From: a virus
Lineage: Duplodnaviria; Caudoviricetes
Length of the DNA: 60,226 bases
IMG/VR virus record: IMGVR_UViG_3300025018_000009
Coordinates: 1-60,226 of that record
Direction: 5' to 3' (one strand)
The position numbers and the translations under genes were made by a program. Shown here one piece after another: positions 1-10,030 of this stretch (positions are counted from its first letter, which is position 1; the number at the start of each line of letters is the position of its first letter). The notes beneath the pieces were generated by a model. The model saw nothing but the letters and a program-made list of their open reading frames with translations. It was not told the origin of the DNA and searched no databases.

Positions 1-127
1 CGACATCGAAACGCTCATTATTTGGGTAAACCCTCACAACGCAACCATGTCGCGTGTGTACGCCGACGAAACGATCGAGGGAATCCCCGCGATCTTGGAC
101 TGGTTGAACGGTGGTTGATTCGCTATA
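1..127. repeat. Terminal direct repeat identical to 60100-60226 (circular assembly overlap)
   Basis: First 127 nt match the last 127 nt; 127 is a common assembler k-mer length. Confidence 0.95.
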
Positions 128-208
128 CTGACCTGCATTGAACAAATAGCCGATATTGTATTTGTAAGGGGCCGCACACCCCGATTTACCCAAACGAGGA
201 AGATCGAG

Positions 209-841
209 ATGGACGATCCGCAAATGGCAACGCATCACGCAAAATTTGAAGAAGCACGGATCGACAGGATCGAAACCGTTATCGACAAGCTCGCGAATAC
301 GCAAGTCGAAGATCGTTCGCGGTTGTCACGCATCGAATCGATGATCGAAACATTGGGCAGCGCTCACGGCGCGACTCAACGAGAGATTCGTTCCCTCGCT
401 GAAACGGTCAACTCACACGGCAAACTCAACACCGCGACCGTCATGGCGATGGTCGCGGTGGCGGGCTTGCTTATCACGATCGGCAAGTTGTGGACAGACC
501 CAACGAATACGAAACTCGATCAACACCTTGCGTTGCCGGGGCACACTGAGGCGATGACGATTCACGCTGCGAACACTGAGAGGTTCACAACGATCGACAA
601 TCAACTCGCACAATCAGTCAAAACCGAAGAACGATTGCGAGATCGCATCGACGAAAAAGATGACGAAGTTGCGAGTTTGTCGGCGCGAATCACTGCAATC
701 GAATCATCCCGCGTTGATACGAACCGAATCGTGTCGATGGAAAAAGCAATCGCGGAAGCCAAAGCATATCGCGAAATCGAAAAGCACAACGCGATGATGC
801 AAATCCTCACAGAGATTCGCGATAAGGTGACACAACCATGA
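209..841 (+). CDS. Hypothetical membrane-anchored coiled-coil protein
   Basis: One hydrophobic segment (TVMAMVAVAGLLITIG) between coiled-coil-like stretches; GAGG RBS upstream. Confidence 0.5.
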   Translation: MDDPQMATHHAKFEEARIDRIETVIDKLANTQVEDRSRLSRIESMIETLGSAHGATQREIRSLAETVNSHGKLNTATVMAMVAVAGLLITIGKLWTDPTNTKLDQHLALPGHTEAMTIHAANTERFTTIDNQLAQSVKTEERLRDRIDEKDDEVASLSARITAIESSRVDTNRIVSMEKAIAEAKAYREIEKHNAMMQILTEIRDKVTQP

Positions 842-2370
842 GCGCCACAACGACCGCTAAACAACCGACCGCTGCAACCCCGAGTACGCACTACCTCGCG
901 TGCGTCGAAAAGTGGCAAATGATCGACGACTTGTGCGGCGGCACGCGAGCAATGCGCGCAGCGGGCACCCGTTGGCTCCCGATGGAACCGAAGGAAGAAG
1001 TCACCCAATACGACGCACGCAAGGGTCGATCGATCTTGTACGGGGCGTTGAATGAAACGATCGACAACACGGTGTCGAAACCGTTCTCGCAACCGGTCAC
1101 ATTGTCCGAAGCACCGTTGCCTGAAAAACTCGAAAAGATCGAGAACAACACCGATCGAAACGGGCAGAACTTGACCTCGTTCGGCGCTGAAGTATTCAAA
1201 GCGGCGGTCAAGTACGGCCTCACGCACGCGATCGTTGACAACCCCTCGATGATGATGGACGAGGACGGCAACGCGGTGCGCCGATCAGTGCAAGATGAAC
1301 GCGACGAGGACATTCGCCCGTATTTCGTGCATGTACCCCCGACGGCGTTGATCGGGTTCCGCACCGAAACATTGGTCAACGGCGACGAAATCGTCACGAT
1401 GGCGCGTATCAAAAGCGAAGAAATCGTCGCCGACGGCCCGTACGGAGGCAAGAAGATTTACCGTGTCGTCGTGTGGTCAACCGACACCGTTGAAACATGG
1501 GAAGCAGACAAAGACGACGAGGATGAATATCGTTTGATTTCGGATGTTTCGCACACCTTCGGCGAAGTCCCGCTGAAAACATTCTACATCGAACGAACGG
1601 GATCGATGGATGCCGACATCCCGTTCGAGGATTTGGCATGGTTGAACATTGCTCACTGGCAATCGTTCAGCGATCAACGAAACATCCTTCGCGTTGCACG
1701 CGTGCCGATCGTCGTTGCGGCGGGGTTCACCGAACAAGAAGTCGGCAAGAACATGACGATTTCGACCGCACGATTCATTCGTACGAAAAACCCCGACGCG
1801 AAACTGTACCATGTCGAGCATTCAGGTAAGGCGATCGAGGCAGGCGAAAAAGACCTTGAACGACTCGAAGAACGCATGGTCATCCTCGGATTGCAACCGC
1901 TGATCCAAAAATCAGGCAATCAAACCGCAACCGGCAAAGCGATCGATTCGGCACAATCGCACACCGCTATTCAAGCATGGATTCGCGAATGCGAAAACTT
2001 CATTCGCGTTCTGTACGAAGTCGCGGCTGAATGGATCGGCGAAGAACTGCACGACGATTTCAAGGTGTCGATCAACAACGATTTCGGGTTCTCATTGAAC
2101 ACGGTTCAGGATGTGAAAAACCTGATCGATATGCGGAAGCAAAACGAGATCACACCGAAAACCTTCATGCACGAATTGAAGCGTCGCGGCGTGCTGGGCG
2201 AAGGCGTGAACATCGACAAAGAACTCGCAGCGCTCGAAGAACTGACACCGAAACCCGATATGGGCGATTTCCCTGATGACGAGGTTGACCCCGAAGCCGA
2301 CCTCGACAAGAAACCGGAACCGAAGGAACCGAAGGAAGTGAAGGACGATGCCGCCGCGACCAGTGAATGA
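838..2370 (+). CDS. Portal protein (DUF4055-like)
   Basis: 510 aa, first gene of head cluster; GGTRAMRAAG..WLP and LAWLNIAHWQS motifs; acidic C-terminus. Confidence 0.85.
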   Translation: MSATTTAKQPTAATPSTHYLACVEKWQMIDDLCGGTRAMRAAGTRWLPMEPKEEVTQYDARKGRSILYGALNETIDNTVSKPFSQPVTLSEAPLPEKLEKIENNTDRNGQNLTSFGAEVFKAAVKYGLTHAIVDNPSMMMDEDGNAVRRSVQDERDEDIRPYFVHVPPTALIGFRTETLVNGDEIVTMARIKSEEIVADGPYGGKKIYRVVVWSTDTVETWEADKDDEDEYRLISDVSHTFGEVPLKTFYIERTGSMDADIPFEDLAWLNIAHWQSFSDQRNILRVARVPIVVAAGFTEQEVGKNMTISTARFIRTKNPDAKLYHVEHSGKAIEAGEKDLERLEERMVILGLQPLIQKSGNQTATGKAIDSAQSHTAIQAWIRECENFIRVLYEVAAEWIGEELHDDFKVSINNDFGFSLNTVQDVKNLIDMRKQNEITPKTFMHELKRRGVLGEGVNIDKELAALEELTPKPDMGDFPDDEVDPEADLDKKPEPKEPKEVKDDAAATSE

Positions 2371-3418
2371 CATCCTGTTCGATCGCAACATTCGGCACGC
2401 GCATTTTCTCGCGAGGTTGTCGTCAGGTGAAGCGAACAAGATCATTCGTTTTCTTGAGCGCGAAGTGTACCCCGGTTTGTCAGACTTGCTTGAGCGCCGA
2501 CTTGAACGCGCCCGCACAGGTTCGGCGAGAGGATTGCATTCAACGAAACGCCTGCAAGATTTGCAACGCGACATCGATCAACTGATTCGTGAAGGGCATC
2601 AAGCCGCGTACAGTCAGACCGTCGCGATCATGCGAGATTCGGCGATCGTCGAAGCACGGTTCACGCAAAAGATGATGGGCGATGTACTCGGCACATTCGG
2701 GATTTCGCCGACGATGCCGAGTACGCCTTTGCTGCGTGCGATCGTTGCGGACTCCCCGATTCGCGGCGAGTTGTTGAAAGATCACTACGCGGGGATGACC
2801 GCACGCACGCGAAGCGCAGTCAAATCAGCAATCAATATCGGGTTGGCAGAAGGCGAATCAACATCGCAAATCGTCCGACGGCTTCGGGGTTCGTCCGTAA
2901 ACCCCGGAGGCGTCCTTGTTGCCAGTCGAACGGATGCCCGGCGAATCGTTCGCACGGCAGTCAATCACACAACGACACAAGCGCGTGAACTGACCTACGG
3001 GGATAATAGCGAATTGGTCAAGGGCGTGCGCTGGGTCGCGACATTGGATTCGCGAACCTCGCAGATTTGTATCTCTCTCGACGGTCAGGTGTTCAAACTT
3101 GATGAAGGCCCGCGCCCGCCTGCACATCACAACTGCCGATCGACAACAACGCCCGTCATCCGCTCATGGCGTGAACTCGGGCTTGATATCGACGAACTGC
3201 CTCGCGGGACTCGCGCATCGATGAACGGGCAAGTACCCGCCGCGACGACCTACCCGCAATGGTTGAAATCTCAGCCGATCCCGGTGCAAAACGAGGTGTT
3301 GGGTCGGCGATTGGCGACCGAATGGCGGGCGGGCCGGGTCACGGTGGACAAGTTCATCGATTCTCAATACCGCCCGTTGTCCCTAAAAAATATCTTACGG
3401 CTCGAAGGACTTGACTGA
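2348..3418 (+). CDS. Head morphogenesis / minor head protein (SPP1 gp7 / Mu F family)
   Basis: WVATLDSRTSQIC...DG...PPAHHNCRS signature; follows portal. Confidence 0.9.
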   Translation: MPPRPVNDILFDRNIRHAHFLARLSSGEANKIIRFLEREVYPGLSDLLERRLERARTGSARGLHSTKRLQDLQRDIDQLIREGHQAAYSQTVAIMRDSAIVEARFTQKMMGDVLGTFGISPTMPSTPLLRAIVADSPIRGELLKDHYAGMTARTRSAVKSAINIGLAEGESTSQIVRRLRGSSVNPGGVLVASRTDARRIVRTAVNHTTTQARELTYGDNSELVKGVRWVATLDSRTSQICISLDGQVFKLDEGPRPPAHHNCRSTTTPVIRSWRELGLDIDELPRGTRASMNGQVPAATTYPQWLKSQPIPVQNEVLGRRLATEWRAGRVTVDKFIDSQYRPLSLKNILRLEGLD

Positions 3419-3560
3419 TCCTCAACTGTCAAGTATTATCGCCGTATGGTCGATACCATGAATGTCCTCACGCGGCGGCGACTGAGGATCAGCGGGCGAG
3501 ATGCCCCAGAGATTGCGAGATGCAATCAACGCATGGCGAGAAGCCGGAAGGAATTCTGAA

Positions 3561-4391
3561 ATGGCACTGAAAGCACGATTGGCCTCGATTGATGGTTTGC
3601 CCGAAAGTATCGCAGCGGAGTACAAGCAGGTAGACGGCGCGTTCGTCCTCGATGTAGAGGCAGACGGGACGCTCGAACTGGTTGACACCAGCGAACTCAA
3701 AAGCACAATCACCAAAACTCGAAAGGAACGCGACGACGCAACGAAATTGCTCAAACGAATTCCAGAGGGAATCAGCATCGACGATTTGCTCACCGCACAG
3801 AGCAAACTTGCCGACCTCGGCGACCTCGACGAACTCGCGACACTCGACGAAAAACTCGCCGAGCGTGAAAAGCAACTTCAAACAAAGTTCGAGAACGACG
3901 CGAAGCGTATCGAAGAAAAGTTTCAAGGCGACCTCGCTACGGTGAACAAGCACAACGAAACTTTGACTCAGCAACTTCACGGCGAAATCGTTCAAGGCAA
4001 GGCAATGAAAGCGATCACTTCAAACGGTGGTGTGCCCGAACTGCTTCTCCCAGTCGTCACAAATTCAGTCCGCGTTGTCAAAGACGAGGAATCGGGTCAA
4101 ATGGTCGCGAAGGTTTTCGATGCCAAAGGTCAGGTTCGCCTTTCTCCCAAATCAGGATCGTCGGCTGATATGTCGATCGATGAACTGGTCTTGGAGATGC
4201 GCGACGACAAGGTGTACGCCCGCGCGTTCGACGGCGACAACGCAGGCGGTGGAGGAACGAAGTCGCCCGGTCGTGCCGGGGCAGACGGATCGCATCGGAT
4301 CACGGCGGCAGACGCTCGCGATCCGCACAAGTATCAAGCAGTGAAAGCAGCCGCCGAAAAAGCGGGTGCCCAAATGCAAATCGTTGATTGA
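3561..4391 (+). CDS. Capsid scaffolding protein
   Basis: Coiled-coil charged protein between minor head and capsid genes; start re-assigned to MALKA after AAGGA RBS. Confidence 0.75.
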   Translation: MALKARLASIDGLPESIAAEYKQVDGAFVLDVEADGTLELVDTSELKSTITKTRKERDDATKLLKRIPEGISIDDLLTAQSKLADLGDLDELATLDEKLAEREKQLQTKFENDAKRIEEKFQGDLATVNKHNETLTQQLHGEIVQGKAMKAITSNGGVPELLLPVVTNSVRVVKDEESGQMVAKVFDAKGQVRLSPKSGSSADMSIDELVLEMRDDKVYARAFDGDNAGGGGTKSPGRAGADGSHRITAADARDPHKYQAVKAAAEKAGAQMQIVD

Positions 4392-4443
4392 AATCGGTGA
4401 GCCGGGTCGTACCGCTCACTCCACATCCCGAAAGGATTGAGTA

Positions 4444-5598
4444 ATGTCTAACACACTCGGCAACTACAACCCGTTGTTCTATGCGAACGAAGCGTTGATT
4501 CAACTCGAAAAGGCGCTCGGCATGGCCGGTCGCATTCACCGGGGCTATGAAGAAGAGCGCAAGTCGTTCAATCGAGGCGAAACGATCAACATTCGCAAGC
4601 CCTCGACCTTCACCGCTCAGGACGCACCTTCGACGGCGCAAGACCTTGACACCGGAACGACCGCCCTCACGCTGTCGTACTGGAAAGAAGTCAAGTTCAA
4701 GCTCACGGATAAGGAACTCGCGTTCACCGGCCAGAAGATCATTGATGACCACATTCGCCCCGCTGCGTATGCACTCGCCGATGATGTTGACGGTCGCCTC
4801 GCTTCGTTGTACAAGGACATCCCTTGGTATCACACCACGAATGCTACTCCCGGCAGCGATATCGCGGATGTGACCGGCGCTCGACGCGTGTTGTTTGACA
4901 ACAACGTGCCGATGGGCGATGACAACTTGCACTTCATGGTCAACGGCCTGATGGAGCAAGGTCTGATCGGGAACAGCGCCTTCGCTCAATGGCAGGGTGC
5001 AGGACAGGAAGGTGTCAACACCCAGATGCGCGGCACGATGGGTCGTCGCTACGGGTTCGAGTTCTTCGCGAACCAGAATGTGCAGTCGCACACGAAGGGC
5101 ACGATGACCGAGTTGACCCTGTTGACGAACGGTGCAATGTCGAAGGGCGCAACCTCCGGTTCGTTCGACGATACCACCGTGACCGGTACCGTCGTCGCAG
5201 GTGACACTTTCGTCATCGCGGGCAACACCCAGCGATACGCAGTCACCGCGACTTCGACCGCTGCGGCAAACGCTCACGCGTCGATCTCGTTCACGCCTGC
5301 ACTCGTCGCGGATGTTGCCGACGGCGTGGTCGCTACTTTCGTCATGCAATCGACCGATGCCGAGAACCTCGCATTCCACCGGAACGCGTTCGCTCTCGCG
5401 GTCGCCCCGCTGCCCGACATGGCATCGGAACTCGGCGCGAAGGTTGTCACTGTGACCGATCCGATCACTGGTCTTTCGATCCGTGCTCGCATCTACTACG
5501 AAGGCAACTCGTCCGAGGTGCATGTTGCACTCGACATCCTGTACGGGCTGAAAACGCTCGACCCGAACCTCGCGGTTCGCGTGCAGGACAACGCATAA
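4444..5598 (+). CDS. Major capsid protein (P22 coat protein-like)
   Basis: GETINIRKP, IRPAAYALADD, NLAFHRNAFAL, DILYG motifs. Confidence 0.85.
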   Translation: MSNTLGNYNPLFYANEALIQLEKALGMAGRIHRGYEEERKSFNRGETINIRKPSTFTAQDAPSTAQDLDTGTTALTLSYWKEVKFKLTDKELAFTGQKIIDDHIRPAAYALADDVDGRLASLYKDIPWYHTTNATPGSDIADVTGARRVLFDNNVPMGDDNLHFMVNGLMEQGLIGNSAFAQWQGAGQEGVNTQMRGTMGRRYGFEFFANQNVQSHTKGTMTELTLLTNGAMSKGATSGSFDDTTVTGTVVAGDTFVIAGNTQRYAVTATSTAAANAHASISFTPALVADVADGVVATFVMQSTDAENLAFHRNAFALAVAPLPDMASELGAKVVTVTDPITGLSIRARIYYEGNSSEVHVALDILYGLKTLDPNLAVRVQDNA

Positions 5599-5636
5599 TC
5601 AAACTCGGGGTCGCGATGACCTCGATACAAACCGAT

Positions 5637-5669
5637 GGGTCGGGGCTGAAACACGCCCCGCCCCGTTTT
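5637..5669 (+). terminator. Probable rho-independent terminator after capsid gene
   Basis: GC-rich stem-loop followed by T tract. Confidence 0.5.
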
Positions 5670-5705
5670 CGATCTACATCAACCTGAAACCGAAAGGAAT
5701 CCAGC

Positions 5706-6053
5706 ATGGGCCAGAAATCAATCCCAACCGTCGCTATCGGAAAGCCCGTCGAAGGGCAACCCGGAACCTTTGCGAATGAACGAATCGTGAATGAATCCGA
5801 TTTCGAGGGAATCTACAAGGCGAAGGGGTACGAAATCGTCGATCTGCCGGATCGAGCGCCGGGCGTTCGATCTCCGGGTCGAAACGCCGACTCAGGCATC
5901 AAGCCAGCCGCCCCTGCTTCGACCGAGGGAGCCACTGGGTCGGGAAACGCCTTGGGGGATACCTCAACCCCTGAATCCGCTACAGGCGATTCAGGGGACG
6001 AGTTCGACGCACTCAAAGGGGACATCCCCGACCCAGTGCATCCGACGCGTTGA
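5706..6053 (+). CDS. Hypothetical virion-associated protein
   Basis: AAGGA RBS; position between capsid and neck genes; low-complexity C-terminus. Confidence 0.55.
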   Translation: MGQKSIPTVAIGKPVEGQPGTFANERIVNESDFEGIYKAKGYEIVDLPDRAPGVRSPGRNADSGIKPAAPASTEGATGSGNALGDTSTPESATGDSGDEFDALKGDIPDPVHPTR

Positions 6054-6296
6054 GCGATACGCCCCCCAACCCCGAAAATACGCACCCGAACGGGAAAGAC
6101 CCGATCGATCCCCCGATGAAACAACCGTCCAACGACGAAGGCCCGTTGACCGAACCACTCGGCGGGCAATAAACACCTTCACCCCTTGATTCGGTCAAAC
6201 GGATCAAGGGATTTCGATTCGCGTCGATGACGAATGCGCCATGCGGGACGGGCGGGGTCGATGCTGCCTCGCCCGTTCTTGTGTCAGGAGTGAACC

Positions 6297-6812
6297 ATGA
6301 GTTTGGTACATGAAACAGGTTCCGGTTTGGTCAACGCCGAGTCGTATTCATCCGTCGCCGACGCGGACACCTATCACTCGAATTTCGGGAACACCTCATG
6401 GGCAGCCGCAGACGACGCGGACAAAGAAATCGCCCTTCGCAAAGCAACGCGATACATCGACACGAAATTCAACGGCGATTGGTTCGGTCAGCGAACAAAC
6501 TCGGCGCAAGCCCTCGACTGGCCGCGTTCGTATGTGCGTGACAACGACGGGTACTACCTGAACGGGAATGTGCTGCCGAACGATTTGAAAAACGCGTGCG
6601 CCGTCCTCGCCTTGCTTGCTCTCACGGAGGATATCTATGCGAACATCGACGCAGAATCAGGTTCACCTACCGCGAAGAAAATCGTTGTCGGCCCGATCAC
6701 GATCGACAAACGATTCAGCGCCGGCGGTGCTGAGTCGAGCAAAATCTACCGACTCGCTGACGACATGCTCATGCAGTTTGTATCGCCCGGAGGCAGTTTG
6801 GAGCGTGGATAA
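6297..6812 (+). CDS. Head-tail adaptor (family often annotated DnaT-like)
   Basis: NAESYSSVADADTY, ALRKATRYID, QALDWPR motifs. Confidence 0.75.
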   Translation: MSLVHETGSGLVNAESYSSVADADTYHSNFGNTSWAAADDADKEIALRKATRYIDTKFNGDWFGQRTNSAQALDWPRSYVRDNDGYYLNGNVLPNDLKNACAVLALLALTEDIYANIDAESGSPTAKKIVVGPITIDKRFSAGGAESSKIYRLADDMLMQFVSPGGSLERG

Positions 6813-7207
6813 TGACGACTGCCCTCGACATCGAAGTCCTCGCGGAAGTGAAAGAAGTCCTCGCCGAAGTTGGCGCGAGTGCAACATACACGAACAACCC
6901 GACATCGGTATACGACCCAATCGAAGGGGAGATGACAGCCGGGTTGGTCGTGAACACGCCGTTGAAATGTATCCCGCAATACACGCAATCAACAGGGAAC
7001 AAAGTCGCGAAGCAGATGAAAACCGAATCGGTGTTCGCTGCCGAGGATTTGTTGACAGGAATCGCGGGCGATGCGCTGGCCGTCGAGCCGAAGGTCGCCG
7101 ACACGATGACGATCGGAACGAAAAACTACAGCATCACCGGTATCGACCCGATCCGTGCGGGCGATGATGTTGCGTTGTATATTCTGCGAATCGAAGAAAC
7201 GAGGTAG
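6812..7207 (+). CDS. Putative head closure protein
   Basis: Size and synteny in neck module. Confidence 0.55.
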   Translation: MTTALDIEVLAEVKEVLAEVGASATYTNNPTSVYDPIEGEMTAGLVVNTPLKCIPQYTQSTGNKVAKQMKTESVFAAEDLLTGIAGDALAVEPKVADTMTIGTKNYSITGIDPIRAGDDVALYILRIEETR

Positions 7208-7210
7208 TGC

Positions 7211-7603
7211 ATGGGCACGAACGCAGGTCAATTCATCCGACGAATTCAGGTTCGCACTGACCGCGTTTCGCGTGAAATTATCCCGTTGTACATCCGCAAA
7301 GTCGCACTCGATGCGCTTGCACGATTGATCGAAAAAACACCCGTTGATGAAGGTCGCGCACGCGGGAACTGGCAACTCGCGATCGGCACAATCCCACGCG
7401 GGGAAATCCGACCGTTGACTGGCGATGTGTTGATCGACGAGGCAAACAAACGCCTTGCCGAGTACGAACCCGGCGAGATCGTCAACATCACGAACAATGT
7501 GCCGTACATCATCCCGCTCGAAAACGGGCATTCAGGGCAAGCGCCGAACGGCATGGTGAAGGTCACAATCGCAGAACTTCAAGCAGCGGGGATCGCAGCA
7601 TGA
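7211..7603 (+). CDS. HK97 gp10-like neck/tail completion protein
   Basis: TPVDEGRARGNW and NNVPYIIPLENGHSGQAPNGMV motifs. Confidence 0.85.
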   Translation: MGTNAGQFIRRIQVRTDRVSREIIPLYIRKVALDALARLIEKTPVDEGRARGNWQLAIGTIPRGEIRPLTGDVLIDEANKRLAEYEPGEIVNITNNVPYIIPLENGHSGQAPNGMVKVTIAELQAAGIAA

Positions 7604-8043
7604 CCGCATTCCCGTACAAACAAATGAAAAAGGAGATTCGCACTTACATCGAATCTTCGCTCGGCGGCACGAATACACTGCCGATTTACTATGCGAACGC
7701 CCCGGAATTGGCAGCCGACGCAGCCGAAACCGACCCAAAGGGCTACCTCGCGGTGCATCAACTGGACGGAAAGGCATTTCAAGCCGATGTAGGTGCAGGG
7801 AACCGTCGTTGGCGGCGACCCGGAGTGCTTCAAATCAGCGTGTTCGTCGCGATCGGAAAGGGGACAGCCCGGTCAGACGAGATCGTCGATACGATCGTGA
7901 CTATGCTTCGAGGGCACACAATCAACGCCGCAGGCGGCGACATCGTTTTTCACGACACATACCCGAAACCGGGTCAACGGGAAGGCGCATATTGGCGGGT
8001 CGATGTAGACACCGCGTTCTACTCGGACGACTTCGACTCGTAA
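7600..8043 (+). CDS. Tail terminator protein (DUF4128-like)
   Basis: GVLQISVFVAIGKG motif; precedes tail tube. Confidence 0.7.
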   Translation: MTAFPYKQMKKEIRTYIESSLGGTNTLPIYYANAPELAADAAETDPKGYLAVHQLDGKAFQADVGAGNRRWRRPGVLQISVFVAIGKGTARSDEIVDTIVTMLRGHTINAAGGDIVFHDTYPKPGQREGAYWRVDVDTAFYSDDFDS

Positions 8044-8055
8044 GGAGAAATCATC

Positions 8056-9213
8056 ATGGCATCCAGCACCACAAACCGCGTACAAATGTCGTACCTTGCC
8101 GAATCGACTTTCGGTACCACCCCCGCCGGGAACTTGAAAGTTCTTCGCATGACCGGCGAAACATTCAAAGCCGACACGAACACCACGAACAGCGCCGAGA
8201 TTCGCGATGACCGAATGGTCGCGGATGTGCTGCGCACGATGGTCAGTGCATCGGGCGATATTCAGTTTGAACTTTCGTACGGCACCTATGACGATTTTTT
8301 CGCTGCGGCGCTTATGTCGTCCGGGTTCGCGACTTCGGTTGCGATCGAAAACGGGTCTACGCTGATTACATTCGCGGCGAACACGCTCACGACAACCGGC
8401 ACATGGGACAACAACCCTGCCGTCGGCGATTGGATCGAAGTTCGCGGCGCAACCGTTCACCCTGCCGCGAACGGGTACTACAAAGTCACCGCCGCGAGTT
8501 CGACTGTCATTACCGTCGCTCAGACGATCACGGACACCGGAGCCGAAGCAGGCACTGTCACGATTCAAAAAGGGTTCGCGATCACGAACGGGACGACCGA
8601 AACCTCGTTCTCGTTCGAGCGCAAGTACGGCGACCTGTCGAACATCTTCGAAGCGTTCGTCGGCATGGAAATCAACACCTTCAACCTGTCGATCACCGCC
8701 GACGGTTTGGTCACTGGCTCGTTTGGGTTCATGGGCAAACTCGCGTCGTCCGAAACCTCAACAATCGGCGACGGGTACGATGCCGAGAACACGAATCAAA
8801 TCTACAACGCGACCGACAATGTGAATTCGATTCAGGAAGCGTACGCCGACCTTGGCGCTACTGCGTTCTCGCTTTCGTTGACGAACAACCTGCGAGGGCT
8901 GTCAAACATCGGCACCCTCGGGTACGATGAAATCAACGACGGGCAACTCGAACTCACCGGTACGCTGCAAACTTACTTCTCGTCCGCTGCCGAGTTCAAC
9001 AAGTATTTGCAGTTCACCGAGTCGTCGATCAGCGTCATCATGGAAGATTCGTCGGGCAACTGCTACATCATCGATATCCCGAACCTGAACTACACTTCTG
9101 GTACGCGGAACGCAGGGTCAAACAACACCGATATCATCGCCGACCTTGCTTGGAACGCGAAGCGAGATTCGGACGATGACGCGATGATTACGATCGTCAA
9201 ATTTGCCGCTTGA
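8056..9213 (+). CDS. Major tail tube protein
   Basis: ESTFGTTP..LRMTGE..SAEIRDDR..GDIQFELSYG pattern; synteny. Confidence 0.85.
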   Translation: MASSTTNRVQMSYLAESTFGTTPAGNLKVLRMTGETFKADTNTTNSAEIRDDRMVADVLRTMVSASGDIQFELSYGTYDDFFAAALMSSGFATSVAIENGSTLITFAANTLTTTGTWDNNPAVGDWIEVRGATVHPAANGYYKVTAASSTVITVAQTITDTGAEAGTVTIQKGFAITNGTTETSFSFERKYGDLSNIFEAFVGMEINTFNLSITADGLVTGSFGFMGKLASSETSTIGDGYDAENTNQIYNATDNVNSIQEAYADLGATAFSLSLTNNLRGLSNIGTLGYDEINDGQLELTGTLQTYFSSAAEFNKYLQFTESSISVIMEDSSGNCYIIDIPNLNYTSGTRNAGSNNTDIIADLAWNAKRDSDDDAMITIVKFAA

Positions 9214-9242
9214 TTGACTTGACCGACATATCAAAGTACACT
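9214..9242 (+). promoter_or_regulatory. Sigma70-type promoter TTGACT-N17-TACACT with overlapping TGACTTG-N5-CATATCA element
   Basis: Direct sequence match; same element recurs elsewhere. Confidence 0.55.
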
Positions 9243-9243
9243 C

Positions 9244-9272
9244 AGGGGGCAATCATCGTGATTGCCCCCTTT
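9244..9272 (+). terminator. Stem-loop after tail tube gene
   Basis: AGGGGGCAATCA / TGATTGCCCCCT 12-bp inverted repeat. Confidence 0.6.
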
Positions 9273-9290
9273 CCCTGATAGGAGCATCGA

Positions 9291-9755
9291 ATGAGTTTTG
9301 ACATCACAAACATGGCGACCGACCGCAAGGCAGAAAACGAAGGCGTTTGGCATGACTACGACGGCGGGCTGCGCCTCAAAATCGCACGCCTAAACAACGA
9401 TCACCATCAACAGTACATGCTTGAAAAGCGACGCAAGGTTCAGCAAGAACAACGGCTCGGCGCTGGCGTTGAAATCAGTTCGGATCGCCTGCGTGAACTC
9501 ACGATCGATTCAATGGCGAAACACATCCTCGTCGGCTGGGAGTGCATGGTCGAAGCAGGCAAGACGATCCCGTACAACCAAACCGAAGCGGTTCGCCTGC
9601 TCACAAAATACCCTGAGTTCTATCGACTTGTCGAAGATGAGGCAATGGCGATTGAAAACTTCCGATCGAAGAAAGAAGGCGACGACTTGGGAAACTCGCC
9701 GACTTCGGACGGTGGTACGCCCGTTGGGGACACGCCCTCAAGCCCCTCCGAATAG
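9291..9755 (+). CDS. Tail assembly chaperone (gpG-like)
   Basis: Between tube and tape measure; slippery heptamer G GGA AAC at 9689-9695. Confidence 0.8.
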   Translation: MSFDITNMATDRKAENEGVWHDYDGGLRLKIARLNNDHHQQYMLEKRRKVQQEQRLGAGVEISSDRLRELTIDSMAKHILVGWECMVEAGKTIPYNQTEAVRLLTKYPEFYRLVEDEAMAIENFRSKKEGDDLGNSPTSDGGTPVGDTPSSPSE

Positions 9756-10027
9756 TCGCAAAGAAACGGTCGGCGCTCCCGCAGGCATTCGTCGATCGAC
9801 CTGAACTTTCTTTCGATCAGGAATACGCTGTTGATGCGTGGCTAGAATGCTCCCGGTATCGACCTGTGACATCGGCGGGCATGGGCTGGATTCCTGCGAG
9901 TGAAATCGCGTGTTGGTTCGATCTTCACGATATCCCTGAATCGAACCGATTATGGTACTATGCCCGAATCTCTGCGATCGACAGTGCGTACCTGAGCGAA
10001 AAGGAAGAACTCGCGAAAAAGGATTGA
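9689..10027 (+). CDS. Tail assembly chaperone -1 frameshift extension (gpGT-like)
   Basis: Open -1 frame from GGGAAAC to TGA at 10025-10027, ending 3 nt before tape measure start. Confidence 0.8.
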   Translation, partial: GKLADFGRWYARWGHALKPLRIVAKKRSALPQAFVDRPELSFDQEYAVDAWLECSRYRPVTSAGMGWIPASEIACWFDLHDIPESNRLWYYARISAIDSAYLSEKEELAKKD

Positions 10028-10030
10028 TGA

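Noticed and set aside
1-127. Biological terminal repeat
   Set aside because: The length equals a common assembler k-mer and it falls within the 3' end of a gene, so it is best explained as circular overlap.
4300-5523. 407-aa minus-strand ORF and similar long antisense ORFs
   Set aside because: These are shadows of well-supported plus-strand genes, with no motifs or RBS.
6054-6296. Structured ncRNA in the gap before the head-tail adaptor
   Set aside because: Only two generic hairpins are visible; they may be terminators, and no family is recognisable.
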